Positions 1 to 10,076 of a stretch of 64,000 nt of DNA are shown piece after piece (position 1 is the stretch's first letter; the number at the start of each line of letters is the position of its first letter). The notes under the pieces are model-generated. The model saw only the letters and a list, made by a program, of their open reading frames with translations, searched no databases and had not been told where the DNA came from. Made by a program: the position numbers and the translations under genes. Source of the DNA: a virus; IMG/VR virus record IMGVR_UViG_3300030085_004825, positions 58,392 to 122,391 of that record. One strand, given 5' to 3'.

Positions 1-156
1 TTTACAACATATACAGGACCATTAACATCTACAGATTATGATTTTGGATTAACTATACCTTTATTTAAAGGTGGAGGAACATCTAAAAAGATATATACTA
101 CAAATAAAGGTAATATCCTTATTAATCCTAATGATACTGTTCTTATAGAACTCTAG
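1..156 (+). CDS. 3' end of a hypothetical protein (partial)
   Basis: Frame 1 is open from base 1 to TAG at 154-156 (FTTYTGPLTS...DTVLIEL). Confidence 0.5.
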   Translation, partial: FTTYTGPLTSTDYDFGLTIPLFKGGGTSKKIYTTNKGNILINPNDTVLIEL

Positions 157-167
157 GTTTTTTTTAA

Positions 168-175
168 TATTTATA
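168..175 (+). promoter_or_regulatory. putative late promoter TATTTATA
   Basis: Recurrent motif just upstream of structural genes; ATG at 189. Confidence 0.6.
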
Positions 176-188
176 ACAAAATACTAAC

Positions 189-1343
189 ATGGCAAATATA
201 CCTATATGGCCAGGATCAAGTAGTTTCTTCCCAGGAGCTACACCTTTTGGCTTTTATGATAATGATTCTCAATTCCAACAAGATACTGATAGATTTGCTA
301 AGTTTGCAGCTCAACGTTTAGGATATCCTCTTGTAGAAGTTGAATTGCAAGATTTAAATTTTTATACAGCATTTGAAGAAGCGATTACAACTTATGGGAA
401 TGAGTTATATGCTTATCAAGTAGCAGATAATTTATTGTCTTTTCAAGGTGCTTCTTCCTCTATTGGTCCTGCTAATGAAGAATTACCTCAAGAAAATTTT
501 TCTGAAATAGTACGTCTTTCTAATCAATATGGAACTGAAGCAGGAGTAGGTGGAACTGTAACATACCATAAAGGAATATTACCTCTAGAACCAGGAAAAC
601 AAACTTATGATTTAAATGAATGGGCTATAAGTGAATCAATTGAAGGTAGGATTGAAGTTAAACGAGTTTACTATGAAATTTCTCCTGCAATTATGAGATA
701 CTTTGACCCATATGCAGGCACAGGTGTAGGAATGCAACAAATGATGGATTCATTTGGTTGGGGGTCATTTTCTCCTGCTATCAATTTTATGTTAATGCCT
801 ATTAATTATGATATGCAAAAAATCCAAGCAATTGAATTTAATGATCAAATTAGAAAATCTCAATATACTTTTGAATTAGTAAATAACCAATTAAAAGTTT
901 TTCCAATTCCAATACAAAGAAGTATAAAAGCATTATGTTTTCAATATGTTAAATTAAATGATACAAACCAACCTTATTACGATAGAGATGGTAGAGAAAT
1001 TATAACCAACGCTTCTAACGTACCATATGAAAATCCTAACTATACACGCATTAACTCAGTTGGTAGGCAATGGATATTTGAGTATGGTTTAGCAATTGTA
1101 AAAGAAATTTTAGGATATGTTAGAGGAAAATATTCACAAATACCCATCCCTGGATCTGAAGTAACTCTAAACCAATCAGATTTAATTTCTGCTGCAACAG
1201 CTGAAAAAGGAGCATTAATAGAAAGATTAAGAGCATATTTTGAAACAACCTCTCGTAAAACATTACTTGAGAAAAAAGCAGCAGAAGGTGAAGCACAAAA
1301 TAAAACTTTAGGGCAAGCCCCTATGACAATTTTTATAGGATAA
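189..1343 (+). CDS. neck protein (T4 gp13-like head-tail adaptor)
   Basis: RLGYPLVEVEL N-terminal motif and KEILGYVRGKY...IPGSEVTLN C-terminal motif resemble gp13-like neck proteins; first gene of the tail module. Confidence 0.6.
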   Translation: MANIPIWPGSSSFFPGATPFGFYDNDSQFQQDTDRFAKFAAQRLGYPLVEVELQDLNFYTAFEEAITTYGNELYAYQVADNLLSFQGASSSIGPANEELPQENFSEIVRLSNQYGTEAGVGGTVTYHKGILPLEPGKQTYDLNEWAISESIEGRIEVKRVYYEISPAIMRYFDPYAGTGVGMQQMMDSFGWGSFSPAINFMLMPINYDMQKIQAIEFNDQIRKSQYTFELVNNQLKVFPIPIQRSIKALCFQYVKLNDTNQPYYDRDGREIITNASNVPYENPNYTRINSVGRQWIFEYGLAIVKEILGYVRGKYSQIPIPGSEVTLNQSDLISAATAEKGALIERLRAYFETTSRKTLLEKKAAEGEAQNKTLGQAPMTIFIG

Positions 1344-1344
1344 T

Positions 1345-1854
1345 ATGGCACTATTTGGTACACAACGTGATGTTTCTTTAATAAAAAAAATAAACAGAGA
1401 GTTATTAGGAGATATAATAACTCAACAATGTGCTGTGTATAAACTAAATATTTCCGAAACTAAAGTAAACATATATGGTGAAGCATCAGGAGAAAAATAC
1501 TATCAAGATCCTGTATTATTTAATGTTTTAATTGAAAGAGGTGATCAAACTTATTCTACAGGAGATATGGGTGTTGATTATGGAAGAGAAATGGAGTTTA
1601 GGTTCTTTAGAGATGATTTAGTTGATGCTAGTGTAGTTATGGAACCTGGAGATATTATTATGTACTATGAAGCATATTTTGAAGTAGATAGTGTAGTAGA
1701 TAACCAACTATTTGTTGGTAAAGACCCAAGATATCCATATAATGAAAATCCACTAAACCCAGGACTAGAAAATTTTGGTGCTAATGAATCAATAATATGT
1801 AAAACTCATCATGTACCTGCTGATAAAGTACAAATTACTAGAGAAAGATTATAA
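1345..1854 (+). CDS. neck/head-closure protein (gp14-like)
   Basis: NIYGE and EPGDII motifs; lies between the neck and tail-completion genes. Confidence 0.5.
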   Translation: MALFGTQRDVSLIKKINRELLGDIITQQCAVYKLNISETKVNIYGEASGEKYYQDPVLFNVLIERGDQTYSTGDMGVDYGREMEFRFFRDDLVDASVVMEPGDIIMYYEAYFEVDSVVDNQLFVGKDPRYPYNENPLNPGLENFGANESIICKTHHVPADKVQITRERL

Positions 1855-1857
1855 AAT

Positions 1858-2760
1858 ATGCCCCAATCAAGAAAACCTAACCCCAAATCACAAAAAGAAA
1901 TATCTAATAACCAGATAGACCCTTATGTTTTTCCTGAAACAGGGCAAACTCTTGGGAATCCTAATACTCCCTTAGATTATAAACCATTCACTGATAAAAA
2001 TCAAAGTGGTTTAGATTTTAATAGATCTGAAAAATTATCTTTAAAAGGTGATAAAGTAAAAAAATTTTCAATAGGTTTACAAGATATAGATGAATCTATA
2101 ATGTATTATTTTAATAATGTAATACGTCCTTTTGTTTATCAAAACACAGACAGAATACCTGTACCTGTAATATATGGTTCCCCTGAAAAATGGAAATCAG
2201 TACAAAAAGATGGTTATTATAGAGATAAAAATGGAGCTATAATGTCTCCTTTAATAATGTTTAAAAGAGATACAATAGATAAAAATAGATCTTTAGCTAA
2301 TAAATTAGATGCCAATCACCCTCATGTATACACCACCCATAAATCAGTATACAATAAAAAAAATGCTTATTCTAATTTTAATGTTTTAAATAATCGTATA
2401 CCTACAGAACAATTTATAGTAAATGTTGTACCTGATTATGTTACTTTAACTTATTCATGTGTTGTACAAACTTATTATTTTGATCAACTAAATAAAATTT
2501 TAGAAGCTATTAATTATGCTTCAGATGCATATTGGGGTGACCCTGAACGTTTTAAATTTAAAGCTTCAATAGATAGTTATTCAACAACTGTAGAAGTTTC
2601 TGATAATACTGATAGAATTGTAAGAGGTAGTTTTTCTATAAAATTGTTTGGGTATATAGTTCCTGATAATATCCAAAAAGAATTAACAGCTATTAAAAAA
2701 TATAACAGTAAAAGTAAAATTGTAATAGGGATTGAGTCTGTTGATACTCTTCCTAAATAA
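1858..2760 (+). CDS. tail terminator / sheath stabiliser (gp15-like)
   Basis: IPVPVIYGSPEKW and VPDYVTLTY motifs; synteny. Confidence 0.5.
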   Translation: MPQSRKPNPKSQKEISNNQIDPYVFPETGQTLGNPNTPLDYKPFTDKNQSGLDFNRSEKLSLKGDKVKKFSIGLQDIDESIMYYFNNVIRPFVYQNTDRIPVPVIYGSPEKWKSVQKDGYYRDKNGAIMSPLIMFKRDTIDKNRSLANKLDANHPHVYTTHKSVYNKKNAYSNFNVLNNRIPTEQFIVNVVPDYVTLTYSCVVQTYYFDQLNKILEAINYASDAYWGDPERFKFKASIDSYSTTVEVSDNTDRIVRGSFSIKLFGYIVPDNIQKELTAIKKYNSKSKIVIGIESVDTLPK

Positions 2761-2772
2761 TTTTTATAAATT

Positions 2773-3255
2773 ATGGCTGAACCTAGTAAACCTACTTTAT
2801 ATAATCATAGATTTAGAGCTAGCAAATTAGATAGTTTTGCTTTAAAAGATACTCCTATACCAACTGCATCTAAAGCCATATTTGCTGAAAGTGGAGATGG
2901 CAATTTTAGTGGTAATTTTACAGGTAATGGGTCAGGTTTAACTAACTTACAAAGACCTATTTCAAATTCTATTTCAACCCATTTTACAGCAAGCAATTTA
3001 AATGCAGGGTTTTATTTTAGAGTAGGTGGAAATGTGACTTGTTCTATTCAATCTTCTTCATTAGTAACTTGTGATGTAGGAAATGAATTTAAACTTTTTC
3101 AAACCTCATCAGCAGGGCAAACTTTAATTTTAACAGGTAGTGGTGTAACTTTAAATTCTAAAAATGGTAATATTAATCTTAATGGTCAATTTTCTTTAGC
3201 AACTTTAAAAAAAGTTGGAAACGATGAGTGGGATTTAACAGGAGATATAAAATAG
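2773..3255 (+). CDS. small virion/fibre-like protein
   Basis: GNFTGNGSGLTNL fibre-type motif and C-terminal GVTLNS...ATLKKVGNDEWDLTGD domain. Confidence 0.4.
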   Translation: MAEPSKPTLYNHRFRASKLDSFALKDTPIPTASKAIFAESGDGNFSGNFTGNGSGLTNLQRPISNSISTHFTASNLNAGFYFRVGGNVTCSIQSSSLVTCDVGNEFKLFQTSSAGQTLILTGSGVTLNSKNGNINLNGQFSLATLKKVGNDEWDLTGDIK

Positions 3256-3259
3256 AAAA

Positions 3260-3288
3260 TTGGAATATCAAAAAATTTTACGTATTAT
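3260..3288 (+). promoter_or_regulatory. putative early/middle promoter TTGG-N19-TATTAT
   Basis: One of 12 sites with identical spacing. Confidence 0.5.
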
Positions 3289-3312
3289 AAAATAAACAAA
3301 TAAAAATAAATT

Positions 3313-3585
3313 ATGGCAATAGTTACAAATCAAAAAGAAAAAGTTTTTTTAACAGAGGAAGAACTTAAAACATTAAGAGATATTCAATCCCAAACTAAGG
3401 GAATAATTTTAGAATTAGGAGAAATCCAAGTAATGAAACTTCAATTAGAAACTAGAGAAAAAAATGCTAAATCTATTTTTGAACAAACTCTTAAAAAAGA
3501 AAATGATTTTACCCAACTCCTTTTAAAAACCTATGGTACTAGTGAATTAAACCCAGAAACTGGGGAAATTATTAAAAGTGTTTAA
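3313..3585 (+). CDS. small coiled-coil hypothetical protein
   Basis: Heptad E/K/L-rich sequence ending in LNPETGEI. Confidence 0.5.
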   Translation: MAIVTNQKEKVFLTEEELKTLRDIQSQTKGIILELGEIQVMKLQLETREKNAKSIFEQTLKKENDFTQLLLKTYGTSELNPETGEIIKSV

Positions 3586-3593
3586 TTTAATTA

Positions 3594-3601
3594 TATTTAT
3601 A
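3594..3601 (+). promoter_or_regulatory. putative late promoter TATTTATA
   Basis: Upstream of sheath 1. Confidence 0.6.
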
Positions 3602-3621
3602 ACAAAACTTAATAAAATAAT

Positions 3622-5820
3622 ATGTCTGAAATTATTATTTCTCCTGGAGTAGACGTAACAGAAAATGATCAAACTTTTAATTTTCAACAACCTGCTCAAG
3701 CTGATGTTGCTATTATAGGCCCTACAGTAAGGGGAAAAATTAATATTCCTACTATAGTTACTTCATATGAAGATTATATACAAAAATATGGTGATGATTT
3801 TTTAAGTGGGAGTAGTAATTATAACTATTTTACTTCTTTAGCAACGTATAACTTTTTTCAGAATTTAGGAGATGCACCTGGATCAGTCTTAATAACTCGT
3901 GTTGTAAGTGGTAGTACAGTAACAGATTGGACTCCTGCTACATCTTCTAGAATAGAAACTTCTTTTACAGAAATACAAGCTTCAGCAAGTGTTCCTTTTA
4001 CACCATTTTTTCCATCATCATCATTTTTTATTTCCCAAGGTGCTTCTTCTGATAATCTTACAGGAACTTTTTCAATAAATGGTATAACTTTAGTTATTAC
4101 AGGTAGTGCTCATAATTCTTCTTATAGTGGAAACTTTACTAATACTTCTACTTTAATATATGTCCCTTCAGGTTCAAATGTTGCTAATACGGTAATCTCA
4201 GCTTCAGAACATTTAGCTGCTAGTAGTTCTTTACCAGCTTATAGTTCTTCTTTAGGAAATATATCATCCTCAGCAGACACAAATAATTTATTATTAACAT
4301 ATATTGGACAAAACTCTGCAGGTATAGGAAATAACCAAGTATTTACTTCAGGAAGTACTGCTAGTGGTAACATTACATATACTTTTTCAGGTGGTGTAAA
4401 TACAGAAGCATTTGTGCTAGAAACTATATCTGAGGGAGAAATAATGAATAGTGAGGGTCCTACAGGACCAGATGGTACTTTATTAAGTGGGTCTGAAAAT
4501 AATTACAGATACCAAATAACATCTCCAAATGTAGAAGATGGGACTTTTAATTTACTTATTAGAAAAGGTAATGATACTACAACTTTTCCTTCTGTATTAC
4601 ACACAATAGGTCCTATTTCATTAGATCCTAATTCTTCAAATTATATTGAAAAAGTAATAGGAAACCAAATTCATACTTTAACCCAAGATAGTACAACAAG
4701 TGAGTATTTCATTCAAACCACAGGCAATTACCCTAACAGATACCCTACTATTAGAGTTAAACAAGTAAATGCTACTACTGTAGATTATTTTAATAATGAT
4801 GGAACTGTAAAATCTGAATATACAAGTTCAATGCCTCTTACTCAAAGTGGGGTATTTGGAGGAGCTTTAGGAAATAATATACCAACAAATGCTGCTGGTA
4901 ACTATTATGAAAATATTACTGATTCAAACATTCAAGGTCTTTCTCCTAGTAACTATTCTGAATCTATTTCTTTATTATCTAATAAAGATGCTTATAGATA
5001 TAACACTATAATCACTCCTGGATTAATAGCTGATCCTAATTTTTACCCTAATAGTAATATTATTGTTTCTCAATTAATATCTATGGTAGAAAATAGAGGA
5101 GATTGTATGGCTATAATAGATATTTCTAAATACAATGAAAACACTGGCCAGATAATAGCTAATGCTCAAACTAGAAATACTTCATATGCTGCTACTTATT
5201 GGCCTTGGGTGCAAACACCTCTTCCTAATAATCTTTCTACTTTAGTATGGGCTCCTACATCTACTTTTATCCCTGGAGTATATGCCTTTAATGACTCAAA
5301 TGGTTACCCTTGGCTTGCCCCTGCAGGCATAAATAGAGGAATTATTAGTAATGCTACTCAAACTGAAAAAGTATTAACTCAAGGTATTAGAGATACATTA
5401 TATCAAAATAGAATTAATCCTGTGACTACTTTTATAACTCCTCAAGGGAATTCTATTGTTGTATTTGGACAAAAAACTTTACAAAAACGTAATACTTCTT
5501 TAACACGTATTAATGTAAGACGTTTGTTAATTAATTTAAAAAATTACATATCTCGGGTAGCAAATGAATTTGTTTTTGAACAAAATACCCCTGAAACTAG
5601 AGAAGATTTTCTTTCTCAAATTAATCCTTATTTATCTCTTGTCCAACAACAAGAAGGTTTAACAGCTTTTGAAGTAATAATGGATGAAACAAACAATACC
5701 CCAGAAATTATAGATAACAATAAATTAGTAGGTCAAATTTACATTCAACCTACACGAACAGCTGAATTTATTTTATTAGATTTTAATATCTTACCAACAG
5801 GAGCAGAATTTCCTAGTTAA
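3622..5820 (+). CDS. contractile tail sheath protein 1
   Basis: SPGV N-terminus, AIIGPT, YWPW, WLAPAGINRG, FGQKTL, RINVRRL, QPTRTAEFI sheath motifs. Confidence 0.92.
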   Translation: MSEIIISPGVDVTENDQTFNFQQPAQADVAIIGPTVRGKINIPTIVTSYEDYIQKYGDDFLSGSSNYNYFTSLATYNFFQNLGDAPGSVLITRVVSGSTVTDWTPATSSRIETSFTEIQASASVPFTPFFPSSSFFISQGASSDNLTGTFSINGITLVITGSAHNSSYSGNFTNTSTLIYVPSGSNVANTVISASEHLAASSSLPAYSSSLGNISSSADTNNLLLTYIGQNSAGIGNNQVFTSGSTASGNITYTFSGGVNTEAFVLETISEGEIMNSEGPTGPDGTLLSGSENNYRYQITSPNVEDGTFNLLIRKGNDTTTFPSVLHTIGPISLDPNSSNYIEKVIGNQIHTLTQDSTTSEYFIQTTGNYPNRYPTIRVKQVNATTVDYFNNDGTVKSEYTSSMPLTQSGVFGGALGNNIPTNAAGNYYENITDSNIQGLSPSNYSESISLLSNKDAYRYNTIITPGLIADPNFYPNSNIIVSQLISMVENRGDCMAIIDISKYNENTGQIIANAQTRNTSYAATYWPWVQTPLPNNLSTLVWAPTSTFIPGVYAFNDSNGYPWLAPAGINRGIISNATQTEKVLTQGIRDTLYQNRINPVTTFITPQGNSIVVFGQKTLQKRNTSLTRINVRRLLINLKNYISRVANEFVFEQNTPETREDFLSQINPYLSLVQQQEGLTAFEVIMDETNNTPEIIDNNKLVGQIYIQPTRTAEFILLDFNILPTGAEFPS
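5723..5768 (+). repeat. 46-nt exact direct repeat, copy 1 (copy 2 at 7744-7789)
   Basis: aattagtaggtcaaatttacattcaacctacacgaacagctgaatt occurs in both sheath genes. Confidence 0.85.
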
Positions 5821-5846
5821 CTAGTAACTTTTAACAAAAAAACTAA

Positions 5847-5854
5847 TATTTATA
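5847..5854 (+). promoter_or_regulatory. putative late promoter TATTTATA
   Basis: Upstream of sheath 2. Confidence 0.6.
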
Positions 5855-5867
5855 ATAAAAATATAAA

Positions 5868-7841
5868 ATGGCAAATTTCACACCCTCACCAGGAGTAACC
5901 CTTAATGAACTAGACCAGACGTTTCTTACTAGCCAACCTATCCAAGCAGGTGCAGCTATTATAGGCCCTACAGTAAAAGGACCTAATGAATTACCTACTT
6001 TAGTAACCTCTTATTCAGAATATCAAACTACATTTGGAGATATTTTTATTAGTGGTGGTAATTCTCACTCATATTTAACATCTATAGCAGCTTATAATTA
6101 TTTTAATTATGGTGGTGAATCACTTTTAGTTACTCGAGTAACAAGTGGTTCTTTTTCTAGTGCTACATCAAATGTCCCCTCAGGTGCAGAATCTGGTATA
6201 TTATCTACAAATGCAGATGCTTTATTATCTTCATTTACTAGCGTAAGTGCCTCAGCAGGTACATATACTAGTTTAGGAACCACAGGTAGTATATCAGGTA
6301 CAGGAGCAGTATTATCTGTTACTTTAGATACTACTTCTTCGATAAGTTCAGTTACTGTAACCTCAGGAGGATCAGGATATGCAATTGGAGAAACTTTATC
6401 AGTAACAGGAAGTTTAATTACAGGAGGAGTAACAGATTTAATATTTACTTTAAATGCTGGTGATATTGTTAACCAAAATGTATTTACTTTAGAAACAATA
6501 AGTGAAGGTGTTATTATGAACAATGGAACCCTAGAAACAGGAGGCACACTATCTTCAGGATCAAAAGATAATATAAGATGGGAAGTTACTCAAGTAAATA
6601 CTGGGTCTGGTAATTTTAATTTAATTGTAAGAAGGGGGGATGATAATACTACTAACAAAGTTATTCTTGAATCATATAATGGAATTAATTTAGATCCTGA
6701 ATCTCCAAGATTTATTTCTAAAATAATAGGAGACCAGAAATTAGCCTATAATGCTACAACTAACCAAATGGAGACAACAGGTAACTACCCTAACAGGTCC
6801 CGATTTGTTCGTGTAAAAAGTGTAAATTCTTTAACCCCCAATTATCTAAACTCCCTTGGAGAAATTTCAGATTCTTCTTTTACTAGTAAGTTACCTTTAG
6901 TAGGTAGTGGATCTTTTGCTAATGGTGTAGGTGATGTAAATACTACAATAAATTTATATGATGCTATAAACACTAATACTCAAGGATTAGCAGGTAGTGA
7001 TTATGATAACATGATAAACTTACATGGAAATCGTGAAGCTTACCAATTTAATCTTTTATTTACTCCTGGATTATTAAATGATACTCATCCAACCCAAATA
7101 ACAAACATTATTTCTAAAACTCAAGAAAGGGGAGATAATATGTTTGTTTTAGATTTAACAAAATATGACGGTAATTTAGCTGATGCTATAGGAGAAGCCC
7201 AAGGAAAAGATACTTCATATGCTGCTACTTATTGGCCATGGGTTCGTATAATTGACCCCACAACTGGAAAACATATATGGTCACCAGCTTCAACTTTAAT
7301 TCCTGGTGTATATGCATTTAATGATAAAGTAGCTGCCCCATGGTTTGCCCCAGCAGGTATAAACAGAGGAGGATTATCTAGTGTTCTACAAGCTAAATTT
7401 AAATTAACTCAAGGTAACAAAAATGACTTGTATGAAAATAACATTAACCCAATTGCTACATTCCCTAAACAAGGAGTAGTTGTATTTGGACAAAAAACAC
7501 TTCAAAAACAAGCATCCGCTTTAGATAGAGTTAATGTGCGACGTTTAATGATTGAATTAAAAAATTATATCCGTCAAATAGCAGACACAGTAGTATTTGA
7601 ACAAAATACTTTAGAAACTAGAGGATCTTTTCTTTCTAGAGTAAATCCATATTTAGATGGTATCCAACAAAAACAAGGACTACATGCTTATAAAGTAGTA
7701 ATGGATGAAACAAATAATGGCCCTGCTGTTATTGATCAAAACCAATTAGTAGGTCAAATTTACATTCAACCTACACGAACAGCTGAATTCATTTCTTTAG
7801 ATTTTATTTTATTACCAACAGGAGCAGAATTCCCAGCATAA
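5868..7841 (+). CDS. contractile tail sheath protein 2
   Basis: Same sheath motifs (WFAPAGINRG, FGQKTL, RVNVRRL); paralogue of 3622-5820. Confidence 0.92.
   Translation: MANFTPSPGVTLNELDQTFLTSQPIQAGAAIIGPTVKGPNELPTLVTSYSEYQTTFGDIFISGGNSHSYLTSIAAYNYFNYGGESLLVTRVTSGSFSSATSNVPSGAESGILSTNADALLSSFTSVSASAGTYTSLGTTGSISGTGAVLSVTLDTTSSISSVTVTSGGSGYAIGETLSVTGSLITGGVTDLIFTLNAGDIVNQNVFTLETISEGVIMNNGTLETGGTLSSGSKDNIRWEVTQVNTGSGNFNLIVRRGDDNTTNKVILESYNGINLDPESPRFISKIIGDQKLAYNATTNQMETTGNYPNRSRFVRVKSVNSLTPNYLNSLGEISDSSFTSKLPLVGSGSFANGVGDVNTTINLYDAINTNTQGLAGSDYDNMINLHGNREAYQFNLLFTPGLLNDTHPTQITNIISKTQERGDNMFVLDLTKYDGNLADAIGEAQGKDTSYAATYWPWVRIIDPTTGKHIWSPASTLIPGVYAFNDKVAAPWFAPAGINRGGLSSVLQAKFKLTQGNKNDLYENNINPIATFPKQGVVVFGQKTLQKQASALDRVNVRRLMIELKNYIRQIADTVVFEQNTLETRGSFLSRVNPYLDGIQQKQGLHAYKVVMDETNNGPAVIDQNQLVGQIYIQPTRTAEFISLDFILLPTGAEFPA
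7744..7789 (+). repeat. 46-nt exact direct repeat, copy 2
   Basis: Identical to 5723-5768. Confidence 0.85.
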
Positions 7842-7857
7842 AAAAATAAAAAAATAA

Positions 7858-7865
7858 TATTTATA
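7858..7865 (+). promoter_or_regulatory. putative late promoter TATTTATA
   Basis: Upstream of the tail tube gene. Confidence 0.6.
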
Positions 7866-7889
7866 ATTAGAACATAAAACTAACCCAAA

Positions 7890-8381
7890 ATGCCCATTTT
7901 AGATAATAACCAAATATTTTATACAACGTTTGAACCTAAACAAACAAATCGTTTTTATTTAAGTTTAATACCTGGTATTCCTGCTTACTTAGTAAAAGGA
8001 GTAGGTGCCATATCTCTTACACAAAACGCTGTAGCACTTAACCATATTAACCTACAACGTTATGTAAAAGGTAAAACTATTTGGAATACTATTTCATTTA
8101 CTCTATATGATGCTATTACACCTTCAGGAGCTCAATCAGTAATGGAATGGGTTCGTTTAGGGCATGAATCAGTAACAGGTAGAGATGGTTATTCAGATTT
8201 TTATAAAAAAGATCTTACTTTTAACGTAGTAGGACCTGTAGGTGATTATGTTTCTGAATGGGTAATAAAAGGGGCTCAAATCACAGAAACTAGTTTTGGT
8301 GATTATAGTTGGGATGATGATGGAACTCCTGTAAATATAAACGTAACAGTTCAACCTGATTATTGTATATTAAATTACTAA
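7890..8381 (+). CDS. tail tube protein (gp19-like)
   Basis: FEPK..NRF, W..ISFTLYD, MEW, GRDGYSDFYKKD and W.IKGA motifs; follows the sheath genes. Confidence 0.88.
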   Translation: MPILDNNQIFYTTFEPKQTNRFYLSLIPGIPAYLVKGVGAISLTQNAVALNHINLQRYVKGKTIWNTISFTLYDAITPSGAQSVMEWVRLGHESVTGRDGYSDFYKKDLTFNVVGPVGDYVSEWVIKGAQITETSFGDYSWDDDGTPVNINVTVQPDYCILNY

Positions 8382-8400
8382 AAATTAAAAATTATTTTTA

Positions 8401-8430
8401 AAAGCTCCACTTATGTGGGGCTTTTTTTTT
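8401..8430 (+). terminator. intrinsic terminator
   Basis: AGCTCCAC-ttat-GTGGGGCT stem followed by a T-run after the tube gene. Confidence 0.75.
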
Positions 8431-8459
8431 GGAATCTAAAGAAAAAATTTGTATATTTA
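8429..8459 (+). promoter_or_regulatory. putative early/middle promoter TTGG-N19-TATATTTA
   Basis: Conserved spacing; upstream of ATG 8475. Confidence 0.6.
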
Positions 8460-8474
8460 AGAAAATTAAAGGTT

Positions 8475-9683
8475 ATGCAAAATACATTAAATTTATTCTT
8501 TTTATTAGTTTATAATATTATATGGTCTCAATGTCCTTATTTAGGACCTGATCAAGTATTACCAACAAATACACAATTAACAACATTATTTGCTGATACA
8601 AGCAATTGTATTGAATATCCTAAAAAAATCATTGATTATAATGTATATGAAATACCATATACACAAATAGAAAATAATGGAATTGAAGTTTACGTTTGGA
8701 ACCACACAGATGCTATAAATATAGGCTTTGATTTTACTTTTTATGAAAACACATATTCAGAATTTTACATATACCGAAAAGGTAGAATTGGATTTTCCCA
8801 ACCAAATAATTCAGGGTTTGAAACTGATGATCCCATTCCTTGGGCTAATATGTACTCTCCTAAAAATTCTATTTTAATAACTGGACGTTATGGTGATACT
8901 CAAGATGGGGGTTCTTTTAAATATGAAACTCAAGGTAGTGCCCCATATAGAAAATGTATTATTTCTTACGATGTACCCTATTATACTAATCAATGGTTAT
9001 GTCCCGAAATATTTAAATTTCATATTATATTATATGAAACAACAAACATAATAGAGCATTTTATAGATTCTAAACCCTTTGAATGTTCAAATTTAGGTAG
9101 TATACAAGGAATACAAAATATTAATGGAACTATAGCAACCACAGTACCAGGTAGAAATGGTGAATTATTTGAGGCATATGAAGAAGCATGGAGATTTGCA
9201 CCACAAGAAATAAAATATTATCCTGAACTAGAATGGTATGAAGTAGGTAACCCTAATATATTAGAAACAGGTGAAGAAATAGAAGTAACACCAACAATAA
9301 ATGGCACTTATTATACATGTCATCCTAAATATGAAAATGGATATATTACACCTAACCTTGATACTATATTTATACAATTAACTCCACCTCATAATATTGT
9401 TTCACCTATTGAAGAAGAATTAACTATTGAAAGTTATTATATACCTAATGCTTTTACACCTAATGGAGATGAATATAATAATTCATGGGGGCCTGTTTTT
9501 TCACCTAGATTTGAAATAAAAAACTATCATTTAGAAATTTATAATAAATGGGGAAATAAAATTTGGGAATCATATAATCCTAATATAAAATGGAGTGGTA
9601 CTAATTATTTAGAAAATATTTATATTTGGAAAATAGATTTAAACGAAAAAAGTTTTTACGGGCATGTAACACTTATTAAATAG
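8475..9683 (+). CDS. secreted protein with T9SS type-B (gliding-motility-associated, CHU_C-like) C-terminal sorting domain
   Basis: Signal peptide MQNTLNLFFLLVYNIIWS-Q; nidogen-like IGFDFTFY region; C-terminal YIPNAFTPNGD...IYNKWG...W.G...GHVTLIK. Start moved to ATG 8475. Confidence 0.85.
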   Translation: MQNTLNLFFLLVYNIIWSQCPYLGPDQVLPTNTQLTTLFADTSNCIEYPKKIIDYNVYEIPYTQIENNGIEVYVWNHTDAINIGFDFTFYENTYSEFYIYRKGRIGFSQPNNSGFETDDPIPWANMYSPKNSILITGRYGDTQDGGSFKYETQGSAPYRKCIISYDVPYYTNQWLCPEIFKFHIILYETTNIIEHFIDSKPFECSNLGSIQGIQNINGTIATTVPGRNGELFEAYEEAWRFAPQEIKYYPELEWYEVGNPNILETGEEIEVTPTINGTYYTCHPKYENGYITPNLDTIFIQLTPPHNIVSPIEEELTIESYYIPNAFTPNGDEYNNSWGPVFSPRFEIKNYHLEIYNKWGNKIWESYNPNIKWSGTNYLENIYIWKIDLNEKSFYGHVTLIK

Positions 9684-9688
9684 TAATA

Positions 9689-9696
9689 TATTTATA
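9689..9696 (+). promoter_or_regulatory. putative late promoter TATTTATA
   Basis: Upstream of ATG 9703. Confidence 0.55.
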
Positions 9697-9702
9697 ACAT
9701 AT

Positions 9703-10074
9703 ATGAAAATAGAAAATCTACGTACATTAGTAAAAGAAGAGTTAGAAAAAACTCTAAACGAAGACTATCAAGATAAATTTAAAATGGTAGGTACTTTAAT
9801 TACTAATATTAAAGAACGCCCCCAAAAAGAAATTTATTCTGATATTAGAGCCATCCCTGGTATAACAGTAATATCTTCCACAGAACCCTTAGAATATAGT
9901 GAACAAGATAAAACTAAATTTAAAACCATCCTTTCGGTTAAAGTAGATGGTTATCCTTGGATTACAAAAGGTGGATTTAATAGAGAAAAATTAAAAGATA
10001 TAGCCCAAGACATAAAACAAGTACCAGGAGTTAAAGCTTTCTTTACAAAGGATGAAAATATTTCTACCCTTTAA
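9703..10074 (+). CDS. hypothetical late protein, possible internal head protein
   Basis: N-terminal LRTLVKEELEKTLNE; internal repeat DIRAIPGI / DIKQVPGV. Confidence 0.5.
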   Translation: MKIENLRTLVKEELEKTLNEDYQDKFKMVGTLITNIKERPQKEIYSDIRAIPGITVISSTEPLEYSEQDKTKFKTILSVKVDGYPWITKGGFNREKLKDIAQDIKQVPGVKAFFTKDENISTL

Positions 10075-10076
10075 TA

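Noticed and set aside
8415-8474. Upstream extensions of ORF-track starts (8415, 29150, 36999, 54809)
   Set aside because: These GTG/TTG starts overlap terminators, promoters or upstream genes; downstream ATGs at 8475, 29180, 37035 and 54827 give better N-termini.
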